Below are positions 17,842-26,286 of a stretch of DNA of 32,000 nucleotides, one piece after another. The stretch lies in the NCBI GenBank assembly GCA_001790095.1, contig MGBH01000001.1, forward strand, positions 450,001 through 482,000, given 5' to 3'. How positions within the stretch are numbered: position 1 is the first letter of the stretch; the number at the start of each line of letters is the position of its first letter. The notes under the pieces were generated by a model that saw only the letters and a list, made by a program, of their open reading frames with translations, ran no database searches and was not told where the DNA came from. A program made the position numbers and the translations under genes. This stretch comes from Candidatus Saccharimonadota bacterium. GTDB lineage: Bacteria; Patescibacteriota; Microgenomatia; UBA1406; GWC2-37-13.

Positions 17842-19464
17842 TTAGATTATCTCTTCTTTTCGCTTTCTCACAAAAGAAATCCATTCCTCAACAACTTCAA
17901 AAATAAGTTTGAACGGAGCCTCAACTAAAAAATCAAAAACAAATATAAGAAAGTTTAATCGTGCCAACTCTCCGCTAAAAAACTTGCCCAAAGAAAGCAC
18001 TGGCATAAAGAAGAAATCTATCATAGGAGTCAATACGCTTTCCTTCTCCTCAAGTCTATACATATTAACTATTTGTCTGATTCGATAGGAGAAAAAGGTA
18101 ACTACACTGACAAAGAATATAAAAACTGCCATACTTATAAGATTAAACTCCAAAAGAAGCAGTACCTCATATATGAGAGTAAGTGTAACGATAAAGGTTA
18201 GAGAGTAAAAAATTGTAAAACCAAATATCAGCATTGGTTTTTTTACTCTGGATTTTTTTGGCATATAGGAAATGCTTGTTTCAAACCTTGTATCTTTATC
18301 AATGACATTCACGATTCGATTAAAAATGTTTTTTGTGTTGTCTTCTCCGGGCACTTTAAAAAAAGAAACAATAAGAAGCATAAGGATGGGAGGAAATATC
18401 GAGTTAATAATCACTGATTTTATGTTGACATCTCCATAAAGGTATTTGGATACAGGAAGCTCTAATATTAAAGCGAAGATCATTTTTGTCAAGAAAATAT
18501 ATATAAAACTTCGTATGGCCAAATTTCGTATACGTGTACTTAACTGTTGATATTTCTCCCTGCATGAAGTATCTACCTCTTGCCATAGTTTGTTCTTGTC
18601 AGTAAGAATTTTATTTATTGATTTCCATTTGTCTTGAATAATACTAAACAGTATCAAAAAGGGTGGAAGTTGTTTACGTGTGTAGTGAATTAAGTTCTCA
18701 ACAAAGGGGTTGGTAAGTGTTTCATCAATTTTCTTGAATATTTCAGGCAGTTTGATAGAAAAATCTTGAAGATCTCTTTTGCTATATTGATTAAGAGGCT
18801 TATAAAAAGTGATAAAAAGGTGGTAGCGCTGATAAGATTTATCACTTTTCCTATATGATCTCTCCAGTGCAGCCAAAAAATATGCATCTTTTTGATCTTC
18901 GCTTAACCCCTCTATTCGAATCTTTTTTCTTAGTACTTGATAGATAAAAAAAGTAAAGCTTGAAAATTTACTTGCATTCTCAGGGCTTAAAGTTTCTTCT
19001 ATTTCGCAGGTTAACATCTGGATCAAAAATTCGGCTAAATACTGTTGGACTTCAATAGGTCGACCTGCAATTAAGGATCGTTTTATAGATATGTATTTAT
19101 CTATTATTTCTTGAATGGTAATAAGATCGTGGCCGCCAAGACTTCCATTTGAAAAATAGCGTGCCCAGAGAAGTTCACGAATGATATTTTCAGCTTCACC
19201 TCTGCCTTCTGGATTAAGCATTAACCGTCGCTTTAAGATCCTTTCAATTGCTGCACGGCGGATCAAATGATCTTCTCTATATTCAATTGCATTACGTATC
19301 CGTTCATACACAAGGGCAAAAAGAGAAACAGCTTGTGATACGTTTATCTTTGATAGATCATCAGGCCTAAGTCGAGGCTTAATCTGTTTAAGATTCTCAA
19401 GAAGCGCAGTCGTAAAATGTGACAAAAAAAGAGGATCTTGCCGCTCTGTAGCTGTTTCTGACAT
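17842..19464 (-). CDS. conserved-looking membrane protein of unknown function (about 330-aa helical soluble N-domain plus 4-5 C-terminal TM helices)
   Basis: Long uninterrupted ORF of 540 aa with a consensus promoter directly upstream. Hydrophobic segments lie in the last 200 aa. I recognise no diagnostic motif. Confidence 0.7.
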   Translation of the reverse strand: MSETATERQDPLFLSHFTTALLENLKQIKPRLRPDDLSKINVSQAVSLFALVYERIRNAIEYREDHLIRRAAIERILKRRLMLNPEGRGEAENIIRELLWARYFSNGSLGGHDLITIQEIIDKYISIKRSLIAGRPIEVQQYLAEFLIQMLTCEIEETLSPENASKFSSFTFFIYQVLRKKIRIEGLSEDQKDAYFLAALERSYRKSDKSYQRYHLFITFYKPLNQYSKRDLQDFSIKLPEIFKKIDETLTNPFVENLIHYTRKQLPPFLILFSIIQDKWKSINKILTDKNKLWQEVDTSCREKYQQLSTRIRNLAIRSFIYIFLTKMIFALILELPVSKYLYGDVNIKSVIINSIFPPILMLLIVSFFKVPGEDNTKNIFNRIVNVIDKDTRFETSISYMPKKSRVKKPMLIFGFTIFYSLTFIVTLTLIYEVLLLLEFNLISMAVFIFFVSVVTFFSYRIRQIVNMYRLEEKESVLTPMIDFFFMPVLSLGKFFSGELARLNFLIFVFDFLVEAPFKLIFEVVEEWISFVRKRKEEII

Positions 19465-19469
19465 GCTAT

Positions 19470-19498
19470 ATTATAAGATAAAACAGGCTATAAATCAA
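19470..19498 (-). promoter_or_regulatory. near-consensus promoter giving a leaderless mRNA for the 540-aa membrane protein
   Basis: On the minus strand: TTGATT (19493-19498), 17-nt spacer, TATAAT (19470-19475), then 5 nt (ATAGC) to ATG 19464. Confidence 0.55.
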
Positions 19499-19511
19499 AT
19501 AGAGACATAAC

Positions 19512-20348
19512 TCAAGAAAGATAAGATTTACCGATAAGTTGAAGAAGCTCCGTATGTATGTGACCGTTTGTTGCTACAATTCCACGGTTGAGCGATCTAT
19601 AATGATAAGGATGACCAAAAAAGTCTGTCACCAACCCACCTGCGGCGCGTACCATGAGGACACCTGGAGCAATATCCCACCACTTTGGACCCTTTCCCTC
19701 CTCCTGAGGGGGACAGATAAAACCTTCCACTATGCCTACTGAGGCATTAAAAAGAGCTTCAACGTCCCATGGGGTAGAGCGGAGTCTGTATATGCTTTTT
19801 GTTAATGATTCTAAAAGATGTATGTATGGCTTGAGGGTCCTTTCACTCATGGGACAAGTCGGCAAAGAAAATGAAATCATGGACTTATTGAGTGTTTGAG
19901 AGGATGATCTTGATGCTTGATGATTGTTTACTCGAACACCATTTTTAACTGAGCCGCAAAACATACGTTTAATTTCTGGCTGATATCCAGCTCCAACCAC
20001 CAATTCGTTATTATATTCAAGAGCAAGCAGGGTATAGAAGTAGGGGGAATGCCGTATATATTCTTTAGTTCCATCAAGTGGATCAATTACCCATTCAAAC
20101 TCACTTTTTGATAACAGACCTTCTGTTTCTTCTGTCAGGATACTATGGCCTGGATACTTTTTCTTTATTTCATTAATAATGTATTCTTCTGCCGCAAAAT
20201 CTGCATTCGTTGAAATATCCAAAGATAAAGGATCTTTTGTTTTTTTTATTTTGTATGTGTCCTTAAAGGATAAAAGTATTTCCCCTGCTTTTCGAAGAGT
20301 TAGTTCACAAAATTCTTCAAATTGTTGAACTTCGTTTGCTGTTAACAT
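19512..20348 (-). CDS. inositol monophosphatase family protein (SuhB/IMPase-like)
   Basis: ILTEE, WVIDPLDGTKEYI and WDIAPG motifs of the IMPase/FBPase fold. The start overlaps the upstream stop (TAATG at 20346-20350). Confidence 0.85.
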   Translation of the reverse strand: MLTANEVQQFEEFCELTLRKAGEILLSFKDTYKIKKTKDPLSLDISTNADFAAEEYIINEIKKKYPGHSILTEETEGLLSKSEFEWVIDPLDGTKEYIRHSPYFYTLLALEYNNELVVGAGYQPEIKRMFCGSVKNGVRVNNHQASRSSSQTLNKSMISFSLPTCPMSERTLKPYIHLLESLTKSIYRLRSTPWDVEALFNASVGIVEGFICPPQEEGKGPKWWDIAPGVLMVRAAGGLVTDFFGHPYHYRSLNRGIVATNGHIHTELLQLIGKSYLS

Positions 20349-21772
20349 TAACGTAACGAGTCTACATTAACACCCGTATCAAAATCAACTTCTTTTAGCG
20401 AATGTAGAATATGTGCGATCTGTTTTTTTAGCACATTATATCTACTCTTAGTTTTAGCTTCAAACTTTACAGTGAGATAGGGACCATTTTGAGATGCTCG
20501 TACGATCAGCATTTCGGATTTTGTATCCATCCTAACTCCATCTATCTCCGTATATTTTGCTTTTGGGTAGAGATTTTTTATAGATGCACCAATTTTTTTG
20601 CTAACAATATCAAACTTTATTGCATCCAAACATCCAACCTTGATCTCGGGGCTTGAAAAATATGAAGGAAGTTGCTTAATGGCATTGCTTAGGCTTATTT
20701 TTTTTCTGGTTAGATAAGCAAGAAGTCTAAGACTTGCTATAGCACCATCATCATGACCATAAAAGTTGTCTACGAAATAAAAGTGCCCGCTTAGCTCGCC
20801 ACCAAATGGAGCACGTTCATCTCTCACTTTTGCCTTAATAAAAGAATGGCCTGTCTGCCAAATAATAGCCTGTCCACCAGCCTGCTTTACCACATCATCT
20901 ACTTGTTTGGAGCAAAGGGTGTTAAAAATAATCTTTGATCCAGGAAGAAACTCTAAGATATCCTTTGAAAACAAAGCAAGCAGCGTGTCGTTCCAGATAA
21001 GGTTTCCTTTTTCATCCACCACCCCAATCCTATCTCCATCAGTGTCATAGGAAAACCCCACATCTGCTTTTTCTTTTATGACCCGCTTTGCAAGCCGTTC
21101 TTGAACCTCTTTTTCAGTTGGATCAGCGACTCCGACCGGGAAATTGCCATCAAGTTTAGTGTTTTGCTCAACCACTTCACACCCAATCATTCGGAATAAT
21201 TTGGGAAGAAACAGTCCCGTTGTAGCGGCACAAGAATCAACAACAACTTTAAAATGTTTAATATTATCAATTCTTCTCAGAATATCGTCTAAGTACTCTT
21301 CTGAAACATCCTTTTTAATATGCTTGCCCTTTGGTTTGCGAGATATGAATTTGCCAGATTTGGCAAGTTCTCTAAACTCGATTATGTCCTCAGTCAGCAT
21401 TGTCTCTGAAAAACCTACTCCAAATTTAAAACCATTAAATTGTTTAGGATTGTGCGAAGCCGTGATCATTACCATACCCCTCGTACGAAAATAATATTGG
21501 GCAAAATAGCATATCTGAGAAAGAGTTATGCCGATATCATAGACAGTGATACCTGATTCGGTCAAACCCTTGACCATAGAGTCACGGAATGAGGGACTTG
21601 AGAGTCTTGAATCAAACCCAACCACACAATCAAAGATGCGTCTTTGCAAAAGCCATGTTGCATATGCCTTCCCTAAATTCTCAACTCGTGCTTCATTTAA
21701 ATCGGCACCAACAACTCCACGAAGGTCATAACCGCGATATACATGGTCTGGAATGATAAGTGATTTATTCAT
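20348..21772 (-). CDS. phosphomannomutase/phosphoglucomutase (alpha-D-phosphohexomutase family)
   Basis: Active-site loop ITASHNPKQFNGFKF, metal loop GFSYDTDGDRIGVVD and sugar loop GGELSGHFYF. 474 aa. Confidence 0.9.
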   Translation of the reverse strand: MNKSLIIPDHVYRGYDLRGVVGADLNEARVENLGKAYATWLLQRRIFDCVVGFDSRLSSPSFRDSMVKGLTESGITVYDIGITLSQICYFAQYYFRTRGMVMITASHNPKQFNGFKFGVGFSETMLTEDIIEFRELAKSGKFISRKPKGKHIKKDVSEEYLDDILRRIDNIKHFKVVVDSCAATTGLFLPKLFRMIGCEVVEQNTKLDGNFPVGVADPTEKEVQERLAKRVIKEKADVGFSYDTDGDRIGVVDEKGNLIWNDTLLALFSKDILEFLPGSKIIFNTLCSKQVDDVVKQAGGQAIIWQTGHSFIKAKVRDERAPFGGELSGHFYFVDNFYGHDDGAIASLRLLAYLTRKKISLSNAIKQLPSYFSSPEIKVGCLDAIKFDIVSKKIGASIKNLYPKAKYTEIDGVRMDTKSEMLIVRASQNGPYLTVKFEAKTKSRYNVLKKQIAHILHSLKEVDFDTGVNVDSLR

Positions 21773-21781
21773 ATTAGTATA

Positions 21782-22468
21782 TTATAAATAATAGCAGGCC
21801 AATATCTCAAGTGATTTCTTCACTCCATATGGATTGTTGCCTGATTTTGTTGAAGACTCAATTCTATACAAACCCTCATAGAACTTAACTAGTATATTTT
21901 GACTCCATCTGGCAGCTTGTGAATGTAATTTATGCTGCTGCCATGATTGTTGTCTTGGAGAAAATATACGCTCATATGCCAATATAAGTGAACGAATGTG
22001 GCGATAAATCATTATAAATATAAAAGTTGCATCATGTGAGTCACAAATCGTCTGTAAAAGTTGCACAAATACGTTACGATTTCCTGGATAGCAGGACTCA
22101 AGAAGTTTAAAAATACTGTCATGGGGCTTAAATTCTTTTATTTGAGCAATATCCTTCAGTTTGATATCGCGTCCCGACTTTTCTTCCCAATCATAAAACT
22201 CAATGTCTTTCCGATTTGCTATGGTGGTCACTACGTCCTCGTTTTTTTTACCTCGTTTGCGTATTATGGAAGCTTCCAGATGTTCGGTAAAAAAAACTTT
22301 TTTGTCAGAGAATAAGCTCAAATTGTCAGCAGACCAACTAAGCAATTCAGGGATACTTTGAGCTGTTATATCTTTTACCTCTATATTTTTTTTTGTAAAA
22401 TCGTTCTTTATATTTGCAAAAAAATTCCTTGAAGTTACTGTGTCTTCACCGCAAATGATTATCAACAT
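21782..22468 (-). CDS. probable compact DNA polymerase III delta subunit (HolA-like)
   Basis: The N-terminus (IICGEDTVTS...SLFSDKKVFF) and the C-terminal pattern (IFKLLES...GNRNVFVQLL...FIFIMIYRHIRSLI...QAARWSQNILVKFYEGLYRIESSTKSG) resemble the delta-subunit clamp-loader layout. Only 228 aa. Confidence 0.45.
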   Translation of the reverse strand: MLIIICGEDTVTSRNFFANIKNDFTKKNIEVKDITAQSIPELLSWSADNLSLFSDKKVFFTEHLEASIIRKRGKKNEDVVTTIANRKDIEFYDWEEKSGRDIKLKDIAQIKEFKPHDSIFKLLESCYPGNRNVFVQLLQTICDSHDATFIFIMIYRHIRSLILAYERIFSPRQQSWQQHKLHSQAARWSQNILVKFYEGLYRIESSTKSGNNPYGVKKSLEILACYYL

Positions 22469-22657
22469 GAAGTTATTCTATACCACTCTGCTTTGATTTT
22501 GCAACTCTTGATATGCCAATCGAAGCTTTCAAATGAAAAGTTTAACTAAGCTTAGTAACTTAATTTTATTTTAAATCAAAGCTTCGTTGGGTATAATACT
22601 TGCAGTTGAAAGCGAAGTGGTATAACAATTATTTGCATAATTTTATATACTTAAACT

Positions 22658-23566
22658 ATGTATGATTTAATTACCATTGGCAACATTAGCATAGATCTTT
22701 ATTTTCAAGGAAAATCTTTAACCCAAGAAGATAATCGTTTTCATCTTGCCATCGGTGGTAAATATAGCGCCGATCATTTTTATGAGACCCTCGGTGGTGG
22801 TGGCGCAAATGTTGCAATTGGAGCAACTCGACATGGGCTTACAACAGCTATAATGGGTAAAATCGGTAACAATCAGTTTAAAAACATGATCCTTCAACAC
22901 CTAAAAGAACACGGCGTAGCTCATGAACTTTGTACTTTTCAGGATGATTATTACAAAATTTCAAGCATTCTTCTTTCTGCTGTTGGAGAACGAACTATCA
23001 TAAACTATGAGACACCCCATGAGCATATTTTTCAACACCAGAAAGAGCTTGATTCATTAAAAAAAGCACGAATCGTTTATGTATCCAATTTGCCTAAAGT
23101 ATCACTTGAAGAACGAAATCACATGATGAGTTTTTTAAATCAGCACAAAATACCTTGCGTGCTTAATCTGGGCATACTTGACTGTAGAAGGCCAATCCAA
23201 CAACTGATTCCTCTTCTCCACAAGACTAACATTCTTATCCTTAACTCTCACGAATTTGGGGAAATGATTAAACATGACTATCAATCAATTAATTTCAAAA
23301 AGGACGTGAGAAAATATATCGATGTACTTTGTGATAAAACACTTATCATTACTGATGGTGAAAAGGGCAGTTATGGCTATTTTGATGAGACGGTTCACCA
23401 CCTCAAAGCCCTTGTGCCTAAGCAAATTATTGACACAACAGGAGCGGGGGACGGATATACTGCTGGATTTATTGCAGGGTATCTAAAACACACAGATATC
23501 CCCCAAGCGATGGAAATCGGCGGAAAATATGCATGTAAGGTTCTTGAAAAAGTAGGGGCTAACTAA
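22658..23566 (+). CDS. PfkB-family carbohydrate kinase (ribokinase-like)
   Basis: N-terminal GNISIDL and GGGGANVAIG motifs. C-terminal anion-hole motif DTTGAGDGYTAGFIAGYL. 302 aa. Confidence 0.85.
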   Translation: MYDLITIGNISIDLYFQGKSLTQEDNRFHLAIGGKYSADHFYETLGGGGANVAIGATRHGLTTAIMGKIGNNQFKNMILQHLKEHGVAHELCTFQDDYYKISSILLSAVGERTIINYETPHEHIFQHQKELDSLKKARIVYVSNLPKVSLEERNHMMSFLNQHKIPCVLNLGILDCRRPIQQLIPLLHKTNILILNSHEFGEMIKHDYQSINFKKDVRKYIDVLCDKTLIITDGEKGSYGYFDETVHHLKALVPKQIIDTTGAGDGYTAGFIAGYLKHTDIPQAMEIGGKYACKVLEKVGAN

Positions 23567-23653
23567 TCTATAAGTAAAAAATTTTAGCAACCCAGAGGTC
23601 TTTATATCAAAGAAAAGAAGTAGTAAGAATCAAGAAATAGATCAATACAGATA

Positions 23654-24142
23654 TCAATAATCAAGTAAGTTTTTCTTCATGCAGCAATATGCAAAAGCTG
23701 TTGCTATTGCATCGGCTCGGTCATCTTGTTCAAGCTCTTGACTTAATCCCAGGCTCAAACGGAGCATTTTTTGAATATTTTTTTTGTCAGATTGACCGTA
23801 ACCAGTGACAATCTGTTTTATTTGTGGAGGTGTCAAAAAAAGGGCTTCAATATGATATTGTGCAGCAAGCAATAAGATGACTCCTTGTGCTTGTCCTACC
23901 ATAACAATTGTTTTTTGATTTTTAAAAAAAAATACGCGCTCCAATACGATTATGTCCGGCTTATTATTTACTATCAAACTCTCAAGCGAACTATAGATTT
24001 TTTCTAATCGTATTTCAAGTGCTAGTTTTTTTTCAGTCTTGATAAGACCAGATGATAGATAAGAAAAGTCTGCAGGGCTTTTTTTTCTAAAAAAAGCATA
24101 TCCAACACGCTCCACACCCGGGTCAATACCTAAAATGATCAT
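23654..24142 (-). CDS. ruvC: crossover junction endodeoxyribonuclease RuvC
   Basis: MIILGIDPGVERVGYAF (catalytic Asp), VLERVFF, GYGQSDKKNIQKM and DRADAIATAF. 162 aa. Confidence 0.9.
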   Translation of the reverse strand: MIILGIDPGVERVGYAFFRKKSPADFSYLSSGLIKTEKKLALEIRLEKIYSSLESLIVNNKPDIIVLERVFFFKNQKTIVMVGQAQGVILLLAAQYHIEALFLTPPQIKQIVTGYGQSDKKNIQKMLRLSLGLSQELEQDDRADAIATAFAYCCMKKNLLDY

Positions 24143-24195
24143 GTGGATATTGTAGTTGAAGTTTGCAAAAATATAAAGGCCTTAGGGGATTTATA

Positions 24196-24224
24196 TTGAC
24201 AATCTGACTATTCTTAATTAGTAT
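24196..24224 (+). promoter_or_regulatory. candidate promoter of the aminotransferase gene
   Basis: TTGACA (24196-24201), 17-nt spacer, TAGTAT (24219-24224). In-frame ATGs follow at 24228 and 24234. The geometry favours a near-leaderless start at 24234. Confidence 0.45.
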
Positions 24225-24227
24225 GTG

Positions 24228-25442
24228 ATGTACATGTCCACCTATAAATTAGAAAAACACCTCGCTACCCGCCTCAAGAACATGACCTGCAGCGCAATAC
24301 GAGACATGCTTAAACAAGCGGGCAGGCCTGGATTTATTTCCCTTGGAGGAGGATATCCTGATCCTGAAAGTTTTCCAATAGACATTATTCGCTCTTTACG
24401 TATTTTGGTCAAGCGAAAATACAAAAATTCGATTTACCAGTATGGAAGAAGCGAAGGGCTTATTCAACTTTTTGAACAACTTATTCCCTTTTTTAAACGA
24501 ACCAATCGAAGTATCAAAGCTACTCCTCACACTATCTCCATTACTACTGGCTCCCAACAAGCTTTAGCGATACTTGCTATGATGTTTATTGATCCTGGAG
24601 ATTATATTGCAGTTGAAACCCCAACATATTTAGGCGCACTTCAAGCTTTTAATCCATTTCAACCACGCTATATCGAACTGGAGGTAGACGATGAGGGAAT
24701 TGTCCCAGACAAATTGGACAAAACTATAAGCAAATATCCAAATATTAAATTCATCTATATTATTCCGACATTCCAAAATCCAACAGGCAAAACTCTGTCT
24801 CTTGACCGAAGAGTTCGTATTGCAAAGATACTAAGGAAACATGATGTAATAGCTGTAGAGGACGATCCTTATAGTGAACTTAGATATGAAGCAGAGCCTA
24901 TACCTTCTCTACAATCTCTTATCCCCGAAAAAGTCATTCATCTTTTTACTTTTTCTAAGACGTTTGCACCTGATTTTAGGATTGGAGGAATTGTTGCTCC
25001 ACCTGAAGTCTGTGAAACCGCAACAATGATCAAACAAGGTCTTGATTTATATACTAGTAACTATAATCAAGCTATGGTCACTGAATATCTTGCAGGAGGA
25101 CATCTTGAACCACATCTCAAAAAAATAATTAATCTATATAAACCACGACGAGATCTTATGATGTCTCTTATCGATACATATTTTCCGCTCGAAATCAGTC
25201 ATACAAACCCCCTGGGTGGTATGTTTGTCTGGGCTTATAGTAACAATTCAAAAACTATACATATCAATACTATTTTGGATGAGGCGTTAAAGAAGAATGT
25301 TGGCTTTGTTCCGGGCAATCCCTTTTTTGCAAGGAAAAAAAATTCGCCTTTTTCCATGCGCTTAAATTTTACGAACCAAAGTAATAGCAATATAGAGAAA
25401 GGCATTAAAATCCTGGGGCAAATCCTTCATAAATATTTATAA
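24228..25442 (+). CDS. PLP-dependent aminotransferase, class I/II fold (LysN / 2-aminoadipate aminotransferase-like)
   Basis: ISLGGGYPDPESFP, YG.SEG, NPTG, DDPYSELRY and FSKTFAPDFRIGG (PLP lysine) motifs. Start candidates are GTG 24225, ATG 24228 and ATG 24234. Confidence 0.85.
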   Translation: MYMSTYKLEKHLATRLKNMTCSAIRDMLKQAGRPGFISLGGGYPDPESFPIDIIRSLRILVKRKYKNSIYQYGRSEGLIQLFEQLIPFFKRTNRSIKATPHTISITTGSQQALAILAMMFIDPGDYIAVETPTYLGALQAFNPFQPRYIELEVDDEGIVPDKLDKTISKYPNIKFIYIIPTFQNPTGKTLSLDRRVRIAKILRKHDVIAVEDDPYSELRYEAEPIPSLQSLIPEKVIHLFTFSKTFAPDFRIGGIVAPPEVCETATMIKQGLDLYTSNYNQAMVTEYLAGGHLEPHLKKIINLYKPRRDLMMSLIDTYFPLEISHTNPLGGMFVWAYSNNSKTIHINTILDEALKKNVGFVPGNPFFARKKNSPFSMRLNFTNQSNSNIEKGIKILGQILHKYL

Positions 25443-25499
25443 ACTTCTTTTAGATTCTATATCTAATATAGTATAATCGGAAAATATACCTATATAAAT

Positions 25500-25787
25500 A
25501 TGAAAGAATGCTGTGGACCAAAGATATGGATTAAATTTTTTAAGGCTGTTGCCGATCGCCATCGTCAAAGGATTTTATCACATATCAGTGTACATAAATC
25601 TATAAACGCAGGTGACATCGAAAAAAAAGTTGGATTGTCCCAACCCACCATCTCTCATCATCTCAAGATGCTTATTGACGCTGGGATTATAATTGGCGTA
25701 AGAAAGGGAAGAGAAATCCACTATTCACTAAATCAAAAAAACATATCTTCATGTTGTACAGGATTTATGGAGAAGATGTTGAAATAA
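25500..25787 (+). CDS. ArsR/SmtB-family metal(loid)-responsive transcriptional repressor
   Basis: 95 aa. Winged-helix core ADRHRQRILSHI...GDIEKKVGLSQPTISHHLKMLIDAGII...GREIHYSLN. Vicinal cysteines at Cys4-Cys5 and Cys85-Cys86. No CXC site in helix 3. Confidence 0.88.
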   Translation: MKECCGPKIWIKFFKAVADRHRQRILSHISVHKSINAGDIEKKVGLSQPTISHHLKMLIDAGIIIGVRKGREIHYSLNQKNISSCCTGFMEKMLK

Positions 25788-25812
25788 TACTACTTTGATC
25801 TTGTTTTATATA

Positions 25813-25842
25813 TTGACATATTTAAATGTATCGATATATAAT
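25813..25842 (+). promoter_or_regulatory. consensus promoter downstream of the ArsR gene
   Basis: TTGACA (25813-25818), 18-nt spacer, TATAAT (25837-25842). The palindrome TATCGATA (25829-25836) lies within the spacer and is a possible operator. Confidence 0.55.
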
Positions 25843-25848
25843 ATTTAT

Positions 25849-25977
25849 ATGTCCGACTACGCTCATGTTCGTCTCGAGACTTACATCTTCGCAGACGAAA
25901 TATTCGCTTCGACGGACTCAAGAATCCGTAATTGCTCATTTAACAGTTCACAAACGGATTCTAGAGAAAGGGGGTGA
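25849..25977 (+). CDS. tentative leaderless 42-aa ORF (alternatively a structured 5' leader of the Cys-rich peptide gene)
   Basis: The ATG lies 6 nt after the -10 box. Translation: MSDYAHVRLETYIFADEIFASTDSRIRNCSFNSSQTDSRERG. Its TGA (25975-25977) lies inside the SD of the next gene, 4 nt before that ATG. The same RNA can form GUCCG/CGGAC, UUCGUCU/AGACGAA and AGAAUCCGU/ACGGAUUCU helices. Confidence 0.3.
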   Translation: MSDYAHVRLETYIFADEIFASTDSRIRNCSFNSSQTDSRERG

Positions 25978-25981
25978 TACT

Positions 25982-26158
25982 ATGTTTTTTGCAAAACACT
26001 TTAAAGATCTGAAAGTTTCAATGACCAATAAAGGAGAAGAACTTCTTATCTCAGTAAAAGGAGATAAGGAAAAGCTTGCCCACCTTGAGAAAAAACTTGG
26101 CGCTGTAAAAGAGCTTTGTTGTGGGTGTTGTGATGAAGAAGAGGAAGGCTGTTGTTAA
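25982..26158 (+). CDS. 58-aa Cys-rich peptide (C-terminus CCGCCDEEEEGCC), candidate metal(loid)-binding peptide
   Basis: Strong SD AAGGGGGTGAT ends 4 nt before the ATG. Translation: MFFAKHFKDLKVSMTNKGEELLISVKGDKEKLAHLEKKLGAVKELCCGCCDEEEEGCC. An intrinsic terminator follows. The upstream in-frame extension in the ORF track (from 25826) would start inside the promoter. Confidence 0.65.
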   Translation: MFFAKHFKDLKVSMTNKGEELLISVKGDKEKLAHLEKKLGAVKELCCGCCDEEEEGCC

Positions 26159-26164
26159 GAATAA

Positions 26165-26194
26165 GCAAAAGACTTAGCTAGCAAGTCTTTTTGC
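26165..26194 (+). terminator. intrinsic terminator after the Cys-rich peptide gene
   Basis: GCAAAAGACTT-agctagc-AAGTCTTTTTGC: a 9-11 bp stem running into a T-run. Confidence 0.5.
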
Positions 26195-26195
26195 T

Positions 26196-26220
26196 CTAGT
26201 ACGCTTCGGAAGTGTACTAG
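26196..26220. terminator. second hairpin between convergent genes
   Basis: CTAGTACGCTT-cgg-AAGTGTACTAG: an 11-bp stem including one G-T pair. No U-tract. Confidence 0.3.
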
Positions 26221-26286
26221 ACTGTTGATAAAGCCTAAACTAATAAATATCAAGAGATAGTAACAAAATATGAAGAATTTGTTGCT

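Noticed and set aside
25843-25981. Assignment of the ArsR-downstream leader to a known metal riboswitch class (NiCo, Mn yybP-ykoY, etc.)
   Set aside because: I see helices but none of the conserved cores I can recall for those classes. I report it only as an unclassified candidate element.
25795-26158. Long forms of the small ORFs (25795-25977 from a non-ATG start; 25826-26158 as a 110-aa N-terminally extended Cys-peptide)
   Set aside because: Both starts lie upstream of or inside the TTGACA-18-TATAAT promoter (25813-25842). The strong SD sits in front of ATG 25982, and ATG 25849 fits the leaderless geometry. The short forms are therefore preferred.
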